Part shown: positions 28,364 through 38,386 of the stretch, in pieces | How positions within the stretch are numbered: position 1 is the first letter of the stretch | Layout of the letters: each line of letters begins with the position of its first letter | Source: Spirochaetia bacterium | Lineage (GTDB): Bacteria; Spirochaetota; Spirochaetia; DSM-2461 | Reading direction: 5' to 3' | Length of the DNA stretch: 64,000 bases | Assembly (NCBI GenBank): GCA_963668315.1 | Contig: OY764216.1 | Coordinates: 5,504,001 to 5,568,000 of the forward strand | Notes under the pieces: generated by a model | Seen by the model: the letters and a program-made list of their open reading frames with translations, nothing else | Told to the model about the DNA's origin: nothing | The model's database searches: none | Program-made: the position numbers and the translations under genes

Positions 28364-30187
28364 ATGGCTCAGGGATTCTGCAAGGGTGGAGATGCCGGGA
28401 CGTTTCAATGGACGGCGTCGCCGCCTCCGGCCACCTATCAACAAGGGATCGGATTCGACGTCCGACCTCACGTAACCGGCTGGAATCGCGCGCTCCAGCG
28501 GGAGATGCTCTTGCGTGTCAGCACGGCGGACCTGGAGAGCGCAAGGCCGAGGGCCGTGCGGATTCCGATGGAGACGCCTCGCGTGCCGGTGCGCAGTTTT
28601 TTCTTCAGCGGAGACCACGGGGCGGACCGGTTTCTGGCCGCCACGGAGCCCGATCTCCCGGCAGGTGACAGACCGCCCAAGAAATCGGGTTTGTCGATCC
28701 CGGTCGCGGGAAAGACGAGGATTCATCCTCCGAAGGACGTGATCAAGCTGGAAGACCGGCTCCAGTATCTGCTCCAGCCGTCGCTGGAAACGATCCTGTC
28801 GGAGCGATCCCTGGAATTTCCCTTCGTTCCGTTTCCCTATCAAATGGAAGGCATTGCCTTTCTTTATGCCCGGGAGGCAGCCATCCTTGCCGATGAGATG
28901 GGACTCGGCAAGACGATGCAAGCGATCACGGCGATCCGGCTGCTGCTGCGCTGTGGGGAAATCCGTTCCGTTCTTCTCGTATGCCCCAAGCCGCTGGTTT
29001 CGAACTGGCAGCGGGAATTCGCCCAATGGGCCCCGGAGATCCCGGTGGCCATTGTGGAGGGAGATCATCAGCGTCGGCGTTGGCAATGGAACCTGGCCGA
29101 CGTGCCTGTCAAGATAGCGAACTACGAGCTGATTCTACGGGATCGGGAACTGTTCGAGGGCACGGATCTTTCCGGAAGGGACCAATTGAAGTTTGATCTC
29201 GCCGTGTTGGACGAAGCCCAGCGGATCAAGAACCGGCGCAGCACGACGAGCCAGATCGCGAGGGCGATCAGTCGGCGGCGGAATTGGGCCCTGACGGGTA
29301 CGCCCGTGGAAAACTGTGCCGAGGATCTCGTCGGGATTTTCGAGTTTCTCGTGCCCGGTCATTTGTCTTCGGAAATGAAGCCCAGCAAGATGGGACGCTG
29401 TGTGAGCGACTACATCATTCGGCGCACCAAGGACAAGGTGCTGACCGAAATGCCGCCGAAGATGTTCCGCGACGCGGCGATCGAGCTTCTTCCCGAGCAG
29501 CGAGAGACGTACCGGCTGGCCGAGGACGACGGAGTGCTGCGTCTCAGTGAGATGGGAGACGGCGCGACAATCCAACACGTGTTCGAACTGGTTTTGCGAC
29601 TGAAGCAGATCTGCAACTTCGATCCGGCAACGGGAGCCAGCGCCAAGTTGGAACGGCTTGAAGCCGACCTGGAGGAGGTGGCGGCCAGCGGTCGGAAGGC
29701 GCTTATCTTCAGCCAATGGGTGGGCACGCTACGGCGTCTTTCCAAACGGTTGAACCGTTTCGGGACGCTCGAGTATCACGGAAAAATCCCTCCGAAACGC
29801 CGAAACAACATTATCGAAGAATTCCGCAACTCGCCCGACAAGCACGTTCTCCTGATCAGCTACGGGGCGGGGGGCGTAGGCCTGAACCTGCAGTTCTGCG
29901 AGTACGTTTTTCTCTTCGATCGTTGGTGGAACCCGGCCATTGAGGACCAGGCGGTCAACCGGGCCCACCGGATCGGTGCGGCCGGACCGGTCACCGTCAC
30001 ACGATTCCTTGTGTCCGACACCATTGAGGAACGAATCCATCTTGTCCTGGAGGAGAAGCGGGAACTCTTCGAGACGATCCTTTCCGGCACGGACCGGCCC
30101 CAGAACAAGCTGGGGCTCACGCAGAAGGAGATCTTCGGACTGTTCGACCTCCAATCGCCCAGCGGGCCGATACGTTATGCCGCGTAG
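28364..30187 (+). CDS. SNF2-family (SF2) helicase/ATPase
   Basis: DEMGLGKT, DEAQ, LTGTPVEN, GLNL, WWNP, QAVNRAHRIG. Confidence 0.95.
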   Translation: MAQGFCKGGDAGTFQWTASPPPATYQQGIGFDVRPHVTGWNRALQREMLLRVSTADLESARPRAVRIPMETPRVPVRSFFFSGDHGADRFLAATEPDLPAGDRPPKKSGLSIPVAGKTRIHPPKDVIKLEDRLQYLLQPSLETILSERSLEFPFVPFPYQMEGIAFLYAREAAILADEMGLGKTMQAITAIRLLLRCGEIRSVLLVCPKPLVSNWQREFAQWAPEIPVAIVEGDHQRRRWQWNLADVPVKIANYELILRDRELFEGTDLSGRDQLKFDLAVLDEAQRIKNRRSTTSQIARAISRRRNWALTGTPVENCAEDLVGIFEFLVPGHLSSEMKPSKMGRCVSDYIIRRTKDKVLTEMPPKMFRDAAIELLPEQRETYRLAEDDGVLRLSEMGDGATIQHVFELVLRLKQICNFDPATGASAKLERLEADLEEVAASGRKALIFSQWVGTLRRLSKRLNRFGTLEYHGKIPPKRRNNIIEEFRNSPDKHVLLISYGAGGVGLNLQFCEYVFLFDRWWNPAIEDQAVNRAHRIGAAGPVTVTRFLVSDTIEERIHLVLEEKRELFETILSGTDRPQNKLGLTQKEIFGLFDLQSPSGPIRYAA

Positions 30188-30244
30188 CGGGCCGGCGGAA
30201 AAGGTGGAACCTGGCGCTTAATCCATTCGGCGGCTTGGAATACA

Positions 30245-31444
30245 ATGGAGGTCATGGCGAACCCCGACGGCTCCGAGATTCCGAAAGTTGCCCTGCTTGT
30301 CGAAACGGCTCGCGGATATGGACGCGGCCTGCTTCGAGGGATCGTGCGTTACGCGCGTCTCCACGGGCCGTGGAGCTTCTACGTGACGCCGGGCGATTTT
30401 GAACAGGCGGTCCCCAAAATGCGTCAATGGGGCGGCACGGGGATCATCGCCCGGATCGAAACACCGCGAATTGCCAAGGCCATTCTCGACACGGGCTTGC
30501 CGACCATCGCCCTGGATCTCTCCTCCTCCCAACTTGCCGCCGAGAACCCGCTTGCGGGGCTGAGCGAGGTTGCGTCGGATTCCTTCCAGGCGGCAGGCAT
30601 GGCCGCCGAGCATCTCCTCGAACGAGGCTTCTCACGTTTCGGCTTCGTGGGCGTTCCCGACCGAATGTGGTCGGAGCGTCGCGAACAAGGGTTCTGCCAT
30701 CGCATCAACGATGCGGGCTACGATCCCCTCGTGTATCCATTGCCGCGGAACCGACGGGATTGCCGGTGGGAACGGGAAATGGAACGTCTGAGCCGATGGC
30801 TGAGAGATTTGCCCAAGCCGATCGGCGTGATGGCCTGCAATGACGATCGGGGGCGACAGGTGCTGGAGGCGTGTCGCGAGGCAGGGATTCTCGTTCCGGA
30901 GCAGATTGCCGTGGTCGGGGTCGACAACGACGAACTGCTCTGCGACCTGGCCGATCCACCGCTCTCCAGCGTGGCGCTCAATGCCGAGGCGGGGGGCTAC
31001 CGGGTGGCCGCTCTGCTCGACGACATGATGTCCGGTCGTCAGCGAGGAAAGCAATCGCTCGTTGTGGAACCGCTTCACGTTGTTGTTCGACGGTCAACCG
31101 ACATCGTGGCTCTCGACGACGCCGACGTGGCAGCGGCGCTCCGATTTCTGCACGACAACGCCACGGCGCCCATCGGGGTTGCCGACGTCGTCCGCCACGT
31201 GCAATTGTCGCGGCGGACCTTGGAGATCCGGTTCCAGGAGGCCGTGGGCAGGACCGTGCATGCTGAGATCCAGCGGGTCCGATTGGAGCGTGCCAAACAA
31301 CTGCTGACCGAAACCGACCTGCCGATTCCAAGAATTGCGGAGGCAACTGGCTACGGGAGCGCCAGTTACCTTGGGCAGGTTTTTCGTCAGACGCTCGGCA
31401 CCACCCCGGCAAGGTTCCGCCGCCAGATCCGCACGGGGCTTTGA
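30245..31444 (+). CDS. XylR-type regulator (periplasmic-binding-protein-like domain + AraC HTH)
   Basis: VALLVET..YGRGLLRGI, ACNDDRG, VVGVDND, LSSV, C-terminal AraC. Confidence 0.92.
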   Translation: MEVMANPDGSEIPKVALLVETARGYGRGLLRGIVRYARLHGPWSFYVTPGDFEQAVPKMRQWGGTGIIARIETPRIAKAILDTGLPTIALDLSSSQLAAENPLAGLSEVASDSFQAAGMAAEHLLERGFSRFGFVGVPDRMWSERREQGFCHRINDAGYDPLVYPLPRNRRDCRWEREMERLSRWLRDLPKPIGVMACNDDRGRQVLEACREAGILVPEQIAVVGVDNDELLCDLADPPLSSVALNAEAGGYRVAALLDDMMSGRQRGKQSLVVEPLHVVVRRSTDIVALDDADVAAALRFLHDNATAPIGVADVVRHVQLSRRTLEIRFQEAVGRTVHAEIQRVRLERAKQLLTETDLPIPRIAEATGYGSASYLGQVFRQTLGTTPARFRRQIRTGL

Positions 31445-31838
31445 ACCGGCCATTCACGCCTTCTCCCTCGCCGTTGCACCAATTGCAGCCAAATGCCCAC
31501 ATTTGCAGGTCTGGCTGGTAGATTCTCATTGTCCGTCGTTCCCGTTGCGTCTGGCTCCGTTCCAAGAAGAGCCCCCGAGACGTGGGGGGGCAAAGGAGGT
31601 TGAAGGGGCGTACGCATATGCCACGTACCACATAGCTTTTCGGCCACGCCTGTTCTGCGGGTTACGCTGTTGGGCAGCGGGGTTTTTACGGCCAAACCCG
31701 TGGTTAGCTGGTTCTTCTGGCAACTCCGTGATCCATCCTTGAAAGGGATTATCTTGACCAGGACCGAATCTCGCATGGGGCCACCACTGGCAGGAACATT
31801 CATCGAGAAGGTCGTGGGGAGCATGGAGAGAATGCGTT

Positions 31839-32717
31839 ATGCAGTTGCAGGACTATATCGCCGGAAATCAACCACCTCCCACCATTGATCAACTGGTGCG
31901 GCGGGTCAACGAAATCTCGACGCTTCCGCAAATCGCAATGAAGACGATGGAGATTGCAAACGATCCCAAGTCCAGCGCGATCGACCTGAAGGAAGTGATC
32001 GAATCGGATGCTTCCCTGGGGGCGAGAATCCTTCGCTGTGTGAATTCGTCGGCCTATGCAACGCGGGAGCGAGTGACCAATCTCCAGCAGGCGATCAGCT
32101 ACCTTGGGCTGCGTCAGATTCGAAGTCTGGCGTTGACGGCGAGCGTTGCTGAGATGTTCGCCAAGGATGAAACGATCGGTCCCTATCGACGACGCGACCT
32201 TTGGAGCCACTCGGTGGCGGTCGGGATATGCTCCCGGTTGATTGCCATGCGTCAGAAATCCGCGGATTTTGAAGATGCATTTGCCGCGGGGCTGCTTCAC
32301 GATATTGGGATCGTGCTCGAAGACCAATACGTTCACGAGCCATTCCGGCAAGTCGTCCAGTCCCTCGATTCGGAGACGCCGCTGAGCGAAGTGGAACGGA
32401 AGATCCTGGGATTTGACCACACACAACTTGGTTTGAAGGTTGCCGAACTCTGGCGTTTGCCGAGCAGTGTCAAGGCGGCGATCGGATACCACCACAAGTC
32501 GGTCAATTATCGCGGCGAGGACGTGACAATTGTGCGGTGTGTGGAAGTGGCAAACCTGATCTGCACCGTGAAAGGGTACCCGTCCGTTGGAGTGAAACTG
32601 GTGCGGCCATCTCAACCAGCCCTGAACGCCCTTTCGCTGACGAAGGAACATATCCTGGTTTTAGCGAAGGACTTGGACGAGGAGTTGACCAGGAATGCCG
32701 TGTTGTTCGAACTCTGA
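31839..32717 (+). CDS. HDOD-domain protein
   Basis: LPQI..D..L.ARILRCVNS, AISYLG, WSHS, AGLLHDIG, GFDH, WRLP, HH. Confidence 0.92.
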   Translation: MQLQDYIAGNQPPPTIDQLVRRVNEISTLPQIAMKTMEIANDPKSSAIDLKEVIESDASLGARILRCVNSSAYATRERVTNLQQAISYLGLRQIRSLALTASVAEMFAKDETIGPYRRRDLWSHSVAVGICSRLIAMRQKSADFEDAFAAGLLHDIGIVLEDQYVHEPFRQVVQSLDSETPLSEVERKILGFDHTQLGLKVAELWRLPSSVKAAIGYHHKSVNYRGEDVTIVRCVEVANLICTVKGYPSVGVKLVRPSQPALNALSLTKEHILVLAKDLDEELTRNAVLFEL

Positions 32718-34869
32718 GGCTTCCGCCGCGAAGGCGGCGGCGAGCATCGAAGACGTGATTGCGTTTGCCACAGCGGGGGCGTCCGGTTTTGATGGATCGC
32801 GCCGCGTTGCGGAGGCGTTCCGCGGCTTTGCGCCGAGGCTTGTCTGTCTGGTCTTTCCGGATCAGTCGACCGTTCCGCTCAATCGTGAATGCGCCGAGGA
32901 AGAAGTCCGGTGGATTGAAGAAGCGGCAAGCCGGTTTGTGGATCTCAAGGCGGGCGAGACGCGATCGGTTCGCGTCGCATCGAAGGGCGGTCCGGTGACT
33001 GTGAGGGCCGCAGCCCTGCCCCCCGACGCAAGCCACGGGATTCTCCTGTGCGTTCATGACGAGGCCGGCGATTTCGATCGGCCCGAGATCTCATCCGAGT
33101 CGGCCATGTTGGCCGGTCTGACATGGCGGGTCGCAACCGACGAGGTGGACACGGTTTCTCTCCGGACTCGGGTGGAGCAACTCGCGGCGGAACACGAGGC
33201 CCTCCAGACGTCCTACACGCGGTCACTTACTCAAGCGGTCGAAGAACGAGACGAACGGCTCCGGGAGCAACAGGAGCACACAAGTCGCCTGCAGGCGATC
33301 ATGATGGCAGCGGCTGAGGGGATTGTCACGATCGATGAGAAGGGGGCCATCGAGTCGTTCAATTTTGCGGCGACCGAGATCTTCCGATACGCCCCCGAAG
33401 AGGTGATCGGCACGGACGTTTCGATCCTGTTTCCGTCGGCGTTGCAGAAGGACGAAGACATCTTCTGGAACTCGCTTTCCTCGCACGGCGAAGCGGCGAG
33501 GCAGGCCTCGTCGCATGAACTGCCAGGACGGCGCAAGGACGGATCAACTTTTCCGCTGGAAATCTCCATTAGTCATGTGGCGTTGCAGGATCGCATCCTC
33601 ACGACGGCGATCCTCCGCGACATCACCGAGCGCAAGGAGGCCGAACGAGAACTGCGGCGGCTTCATCTGTTCAATCGCATGGTGTTGGATTCTGCAGGCG
33701 AGGGGATTGTCGGGCTGGATCGGGAAGGGCGAGTCGCCTTTGCCAATCCGGTGGCCGAACAGTTGTTTGGTCGGGAGGTCTCGACCATGGTTGGGCTCTC
33801 GCTTCACTCGATGACGCATCATTCCCGGTTGAACGGGGCTCCCTATCCCTGGCAGGATTGTCCCATCTACCGGGCCGTGTCCGAAGGAGCCGTCCATCGC
33901 GAAGACGGCGAGGTCTTCTGGCGCGAAGACGGCACGAATTTTCCCGTCGAATATGTTGCCACTCCAATGCGTGAAGAGGACGAGATCATCGGCGCCGTTC
34001 TCACTTTCCGCGACATCAGCCAGCGCCGCACGCTCGAAGGGCAGCTCATCCAGGCGCAGAAGTTGGAATCGATCGGGCAGCTTGCGGCGGGAATCGCACA
34101 CGAGATCAACACGCCGACCCAGTTCATTGGCGACAATCTCCGCTTTTTGAAGGAGGCCTTTGAAGAACTGGAGCCGGCGCTTGTGGGCCTTGAGCAAATG
34201 GCCGGGGAAGAGGCGGCGACCGCTCATGCGGCTTTGGGGGCCGCCGGCGTGCCGACAACTCCGGATCCCGACGATCTCGCCTATCTCATGGAAGAAGTGC
34301 CCAAAGCGATTTCCCAATCGCTGGAAGGAGTGGAGCGGGTTGCCAGAATCGTCCGATCCATGAAGGAGTTCTCCCATCCGGGCGCCGACGAAATGCAGAG
34401 CGTCGATCTGAACCGCGCAATCGAAAGCACACTCACCGTTTGCCGAAACGAATGGAAATACGTGGCGGACGTGGTGACCGACCTCGATCCCGACCTTCCC
34501 TTGGTCACTTGCCTTCCGGGAGAATGCAATCAGGTCTTCCTGAACCTCATTATCAACGCGTCGCACGCGATTGCCGAGGCGGCGCGAGGGGACAACGACG
34601 CCAAGGGGACGATCACGGTCCAGACCAGGAGTTCGCCGGAAGCGGTCGAGATCCGAATCACCGACACAGGCACGGGAATCCCGCCCGAACATCGCAGCAA
34701 GCTCTTCGATCCTTTCTTCACCACGAAGGAGGTCGGACGCGGCACCGGACAGGGTCTGGCCATTGCCCGATCGGTCGTGGTCGAGAAGCACGGCGGGGCA
34801 ATCTGGTTCGATTCGGAACTCGGGCGCGGGACCACGTTCGTCGTGCAACTGCCGATCGCCACAACGTAA
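32695..34869 (+). CDS. PAS-PAS sensor histidine kinase (start uncertain)
   Basis: Two PAS/PAC domains, AHEINTP H-box, NLIINA, DTGTG, FFTTK, GTGQGL. Confidence 0.92.
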   Translation: MPCCSNSEASAAKAAASIEDVIAFATAGASGFDGSRRVAEAFRGFAPRLVCLVFPDQSTVPLNRECAEEEVRWIEEAASRFVDLKAGETRSVRVASKGGPVTVRAAALPPDASHGILLCVHDEAGDFDRPEISSESAMLAGLTWRVATDEVDTVSLRTRVEQLAAEHEALQTSYTRSLTQAVEERDERLREQQEHTSRLQAIMMAAAEGIVTIDEKGAIESFNFAATEIFRYAPEEVIGTDVSILFPSALQKDEDIFWNSLSSHGEAARQASSHELPGRRKDGSTFPLEISISHVALQDRILTTAILRDITERKEAERELRRLHLFNRMVLDSAGEGIVGLDREGRVAFANPVAEQLFGREVSTMVGLSLHSMTHHSRLNGAPYPWQDCPIYRAVSEGAVHREDGEVFWREDGTNFPVEYVATPMREEDEIIGAVLTFRDISQRRTLEGQLIQAQKLESIGQLAAGIAHEINTPTQFIGDNLRFLKEAFEELEPALVGLEQMAGEEAATAHAALGAAGVPTTPDPDDLAYLMEEVPKAISQSLEGVERVARIVRSMKEFSHPGADEMQSVDLNRAIESTLTVCRNEWKYVADVVTDLDPDLPLVTCLPGECNQVFLNLIINASHAIAEAARGDNDAKGTITVQTRSSPEAVEIRITDTGTGIPPEHRSKLFDPFFTTKEVGRGTGQGLAIARSVVVEKHGGAIWFDSELGRGTTFVVQLPIATT

Positions 34870-34879
34870 GGGTGCCAGA

Positions 34880-36040
34880 GTGAAACCACGACTACTTTTC
34901 GTCGACGACAGCCGCCAGGTCCTGGACGGACTTGCGCGGATGCTGCGTACCCAGGAAGCGCAGTGGGACATGACCTACATCGATGATCCGGGCGCGGCGT
35001 GGGAGCTCCTGCTGAAAGAGACCTTCGACGCGGCGGTTCTCGACGTCATGATGCCGGGGATCACCGGTCTTGAGCTTCTCGAACGGATGCGCTCCCTCGA
35101 TCGGACCGCAGAGATTCCCGTTGTCATGCTGACCGGGCTCGGTGACGGTAATCTGAAACGGCGGGCCCTGGATCTTGGCGCAACGGACCTTCTCGGCAAA
35201 CCGATTCAGTGCGAGGATTTGATTGCGAGGTTGCGCAGCGTGCTCCGAATCAAGGCGTTCCAGGATCAACTCCAACGGCAGACGGCCGAGTTGGAGAAGA
35301 CGGTCCGCATGCGAACGGCCGAGTTGTACCGTTCCCGACTGGAGGCGATCTGGCGTCTGGGAAAAGCGGCCGAACACCGCGATAACGACACCGGGAATCA
35401 TGTCATCCGGGTGGGATGCATGAGTCGGGCCGTGGCGGAGACCCTGGGAATGGATCGTCAGTTTGTGGAAACGCTTTTCGTCGCTTCGCCCCTTCACGAC
35501 ATTGGCAAGATCGGAATCCCCGACGCGATCCTCATGAAGCAGGGTCCGCTCACGGACGCGGAACGCCAGGTGATGCAGCGTCACTGCTGGATTGGGGAGC
35601 GAATCCTCCGTGAAGACGCGCAGCCGGCTCGAATTTTCGCCGACCTCATGCGGATGCCCGAGTTGGACACCGTAGCCCCGATCCAGAATCCATGGCTCGA
35701 AGTGGCAGCGAGCATCGCGCTGACGCACCACGAGAAGTGGGACGGATCGGGCTACCCCATCGGGCTGTGCGGAGCGGAGATCCCCCTCGAATCGCGGATT
35801 ATTGCCGTTGTCGACGTGTTCGACGCCTTGCGTTCCGAGCGACCGTACAAGCGTGCTTTTTCCGAGGAGCGATCGCTGGCGATCATGGAGGAAGGGCGGG
35901 GGACGCATTTTGCTCCCGAGATCTACGATGCCTTCCTGAAAACGTTGCCCGAGTTGCGAGAAATCCGACAGCAATTGAACGACGATCCCGTGTCCCGCAG
36001 CCGTGAGGAGTCGGAGAATGAACCGAATCTTGTTCGTTGA
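34880..36040 (+). CDS. Response regulator REC + HD-GYP phosphodiesterase (RpfG-like)
   Basis: FVDD..DVMMP..KP; HVIRV, LHDIGK, HHEKWDGSGYP, DVFDAL..RPYK. Confidence 0.92.
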   Translation: MKPRLLFVDDSRQVLDGLARMLRTQEAQWDMTYIDDPGAAWELLLKETFDAAVLDVMMPGITGLELLERMRSLDRTAEIPVVMLTGLGDGNLKRRALDLGATDLLGKPIQCEDLIARLRSVLRIKAFQDQLQRQTAELEKTVRMRTAELYRSRLEAIWRLGKAAEHRDNDTGNHVIRVGCMSRAVAETLGMDRQFVETLFVASPLHDIGKIGIPDAILMKQGPLTDAERQVMQRHCWIGERILREDAQPARIFADLMRMPELDTVAPIQNPWLEVAASIALTHHEKWDGSGYPIGLCGAEIPLESRIIAVVDVFDALRSERPYKRAFSEERSLAIMEEGRGTHFAPEIYDAFLKTLPELREIRQQLNDDPVSRSREESENEPNLVR

Positions 36041-37193
36041 TGACGAGCCGAAGATCCTGACGGGCCTGCGGCGGATGCTTCGGAGCATGCGGTGCGAGTG
36101 GGAAATGGAGTTCGCCGAGGGAGGCTGCAATGCGCTCGAACTCCTCCAACGGCAGAGCTTTGATGTCGTGGTGAGCGACGCCAGAATGCCCGGGATGGAG
36201 GGCTCGGAGTTGTTGGAGCGAGTGCGTCACGATTATCCGGACACGGTGCGGATGATTCTGTCCGGGCAGTGCGGGCGAGATTCCGTCCTCCGGTGCGTGG
36301 GGGCCGCGCACCAGTTCCTGAGCAAGCCGTGCGATCCCGAGACCTTGAAAGACGCCATACGGAGCGTATGCCGACTGCGGGAGCGCGTTTGCGATGCCGA
36401 AGCCCGGGCCGCCGTATCGCGGATCGATTCGCTTCCCTGCCGGCTCGAGTCGCACGCCGCGTTGGTGCGGCAAGCGGAAACGGAAGCGACGCCGCTTCGG
36501 CAGATGGCGGAAACGGTCTGTGCCGATGTGGCGATGAGCATGAAGATCATTCAGTTGGTCAGTTCGGGCTTTTTCGGCACGCCGCAGCGCACCATTGGAG
36601 TTGAGCGGGCCGCGGAACTCCTCGGCGGCGACACGTTGCGAGCGCTCGTGTTCGCGACGAATGCGTTTCGCCCTGCGGAAACCGGCGAGGCCGAAGAGGA
36701 GTTGTTGACGCAACTCACGCAGCACAGTCTGGCTGTAGCCGCCGCGGCACGGCAGATTGCCGAGACGGTTACGAGCGACCGCAAGGTGATCGTTCATGCC
36801 TATTTGGCCGGCTTGTTTCACGAGGTCGGCTCGCTGGTTCCTGTGACGCAGCCGCTTCGGGAACTCCCCGAGCGCTGCGAGGGGAAACGCGAGGGGGCCT
36901 GCACGTGCGAGTTCCGGGCGGGAGGCTATCTGGCCGCCCTGTGGGGGCTGCCTCTGGAAGTGGCGATCGCCGTGGGCAGCCATCGATCCCCCGATGAGAA
37001 TGACAGCCAAGGCTTCAACGCTCTGACCGCAGTCCATGTAGCCGACGCGTGCATTACCGTTTGCCCTGACCTGCACGAGCGCGGTTCGGGCGAGGTGAAC
37101 CGGGTTTACCTGACGCGTATTGGCTGTGCCAGTCGCCTGCGGCAGTGGCAAGAGATTTGTCATGCAATCCAACCGAGCGAGGTGCTCCTATGA
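36018..37193 (+). CDS. Response regulator REC + HDOD
   Basis: FVDDE..SDARMP..SKP; D..MSMKIIQLVSSGFFG, HS, AGLFHEVG, WGLP. Confidence 0.88.
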   Translation: MNRILFVDDEPKILTGLRRMLRSMRCEWEMEFAEGGCNALELLQRQSFDVVVSDARMPGMEGSELLERVRHDYPDTVRMILSGQCGRDSVLRCVGAAHQFLSKPCDPETLKDAIRSVCRLRERVCDAEARAAVSRIDSLPCRLESHAALVRQAETEATPLRQMAETVCADVAMSMKIIQLVSSGFFGTPQRTIGVERAAELLGGDTLRALVFATNAFRPAETGEAEEELLTQLTQHSLAVAAAARQIAETVTSDRKVIVHAYLAGLFHEVGSLVPVTQPLRELPERCEGKREGACTCEFRAGGYLAALWGLPLEVAIAVGSHRSPDENDSQGFNALTAVHVADACITVCPDLHERGSGEVNRVYLTRIGCASRLRQWQEICHAIQPSEVLL

Positions 37194-38386
37194 GCGAACG
37201 CATTCTCTGCGTCGATGACGACTCCAATATCCTCCTGGGCTATCAGCGGGCCTTGCGGAAACGTTTCTCGCTGGAGGTTGCCCTGGGAGGGGAAGAGGCA
37301 CTCGAGGCGATTTCGACAGAAGGTCCTTATGCGATCGTCGTGGCGGACATGCGCATGCCCGGAATGAACGGCGTGGAACTTCTGGCAGAAGTCAAACGGC
37401 GCACTCCGAAGACCGTGCGGATGATGCTCACGGGAAATGCGGATCAGCAGACCGCGTTGGAGGCGGTCAACGAGGGCCAGATCTTCCGTTTCATGAACAA
37501 GCCTTGCGAGCCCGAGACGTTTGCCAAGGCCCTCGAAGCGGGGTTGGAGCAGTACCGACTGGTGTGTGCGGAGCAGGAGCTTCTTTCGAAGACCCTCAGC
37601 GGCAGCATCAAGGTTCTGACCGATGTTCTGACCCTGGCATGTCCCACGGCTTTTGGGCGGACGTCACGGATCCGGAATCTCGCACACACCCTTTCCGTGA
37701 AGCTCAACGATGACGAGCAGTGGATGACCGATATCGCGGCTCTTCTCTCGCAGATTGGATGCATCGGCCTTCCGGACGGCATCCTGGAGAAGATCCACGA
37801 GGGCGAGGAATTGCAGGAGGATGAGGCCGAGGCCTTCGCCGTGCATCCCATGCTTGGGCGGGATCTGATCAAGAACATCCCGCGTCTTGAACGGGTCGCG
37901 GAGATCGTCTCCTACCAGCAGAAGCACTTTGACGGCGGCGGGAGTCCACGAGATCTCTGCCAGGGCGAGTCAATTCCCCTGGGAAGCCGCATTCTCAAGG
38001 TCGCGTTGGATTTCGACCACCTCATATCCCATTCAAGCACCCACGAAATGGCGGTGGCCGAAATGCTCCACCGCAAGGGTTGGTACGATCCTCGGGTATT
38101 GGACGCGCTGCGGGGCATTCTCAACGTTACGGAAGCCCACATCGTCCAGGACCTGGGGATCGACGAGTTGGCGGACGGCATGATTCTGGCGAAGGACGTC
38201 AAGTCGATTCAGGGCACGATGCTGTGCGCCAAGGGGCAGGAAGTTACTCGCGCCGTTCGTCTTCGCCTGCGGAATTTCGAGTGCAATCTTGGAATTCGCG
38301 GTCCGATCACCGTGTTCATTCCCATGGGGCTCGCGGAACGGCTGGCGGCCCAGGGAGTCGAGTGGGCGGCACCCTACCATGCATGA
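37190..38386 (+). CDS. Response regulator REC + degenerate HD-GYP-like domain
   Basis: VDDD..ADMRMP..NKP; LSQIG replaces LHDIG; QQKHFDGGGSP replaces HHE..DG.GYP; ATGA overlap with upstream gene. Confidence 0.88.
   Translation: MSERILCVDDDSNILLGYQRALRKRFSLEVALGGEEALEAISTEGPYAIVVADMRMPGMNGVELLAEVKRRTPKTVRMMLTGNADQQTALEAVNEGQIFRFMNKPCEPETFAKALEAGLEQYRLVCAEQELLSKTLSGSIKVLTDVLTLACPTAFGRTSRIRNLAHTLSVKLNDDEQWMTDIAALLSQIGCIGLPDGILEKIHEGEELQEDEAEAFAVHPMLGRDLIKNIPRLERVAEIVSYQQKHFDGGGSPRDLCQGESIPLGSRILKVALDFDHLISHSSTHEMAVAEMLHRKGWYDPRVLDALRGILNVTEAHIVQDLGIDELADGMILAKDVKSIQGTMLCAKGQEVTRAVRLRLRNFECNLGIRGPITVFIPMGLAERLAAQGVEWAAPYHA

Noticed and set aside
31565..31720. c-di-GMP-I riboswitch upstream of the HDOD/HD-GYP cluster
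   Set aside because: Only fragmentary resemblance (GCAAAG, GCGGGGTT); P1/P2/P3 pairing and order do not fit; an Infernal search would settle it
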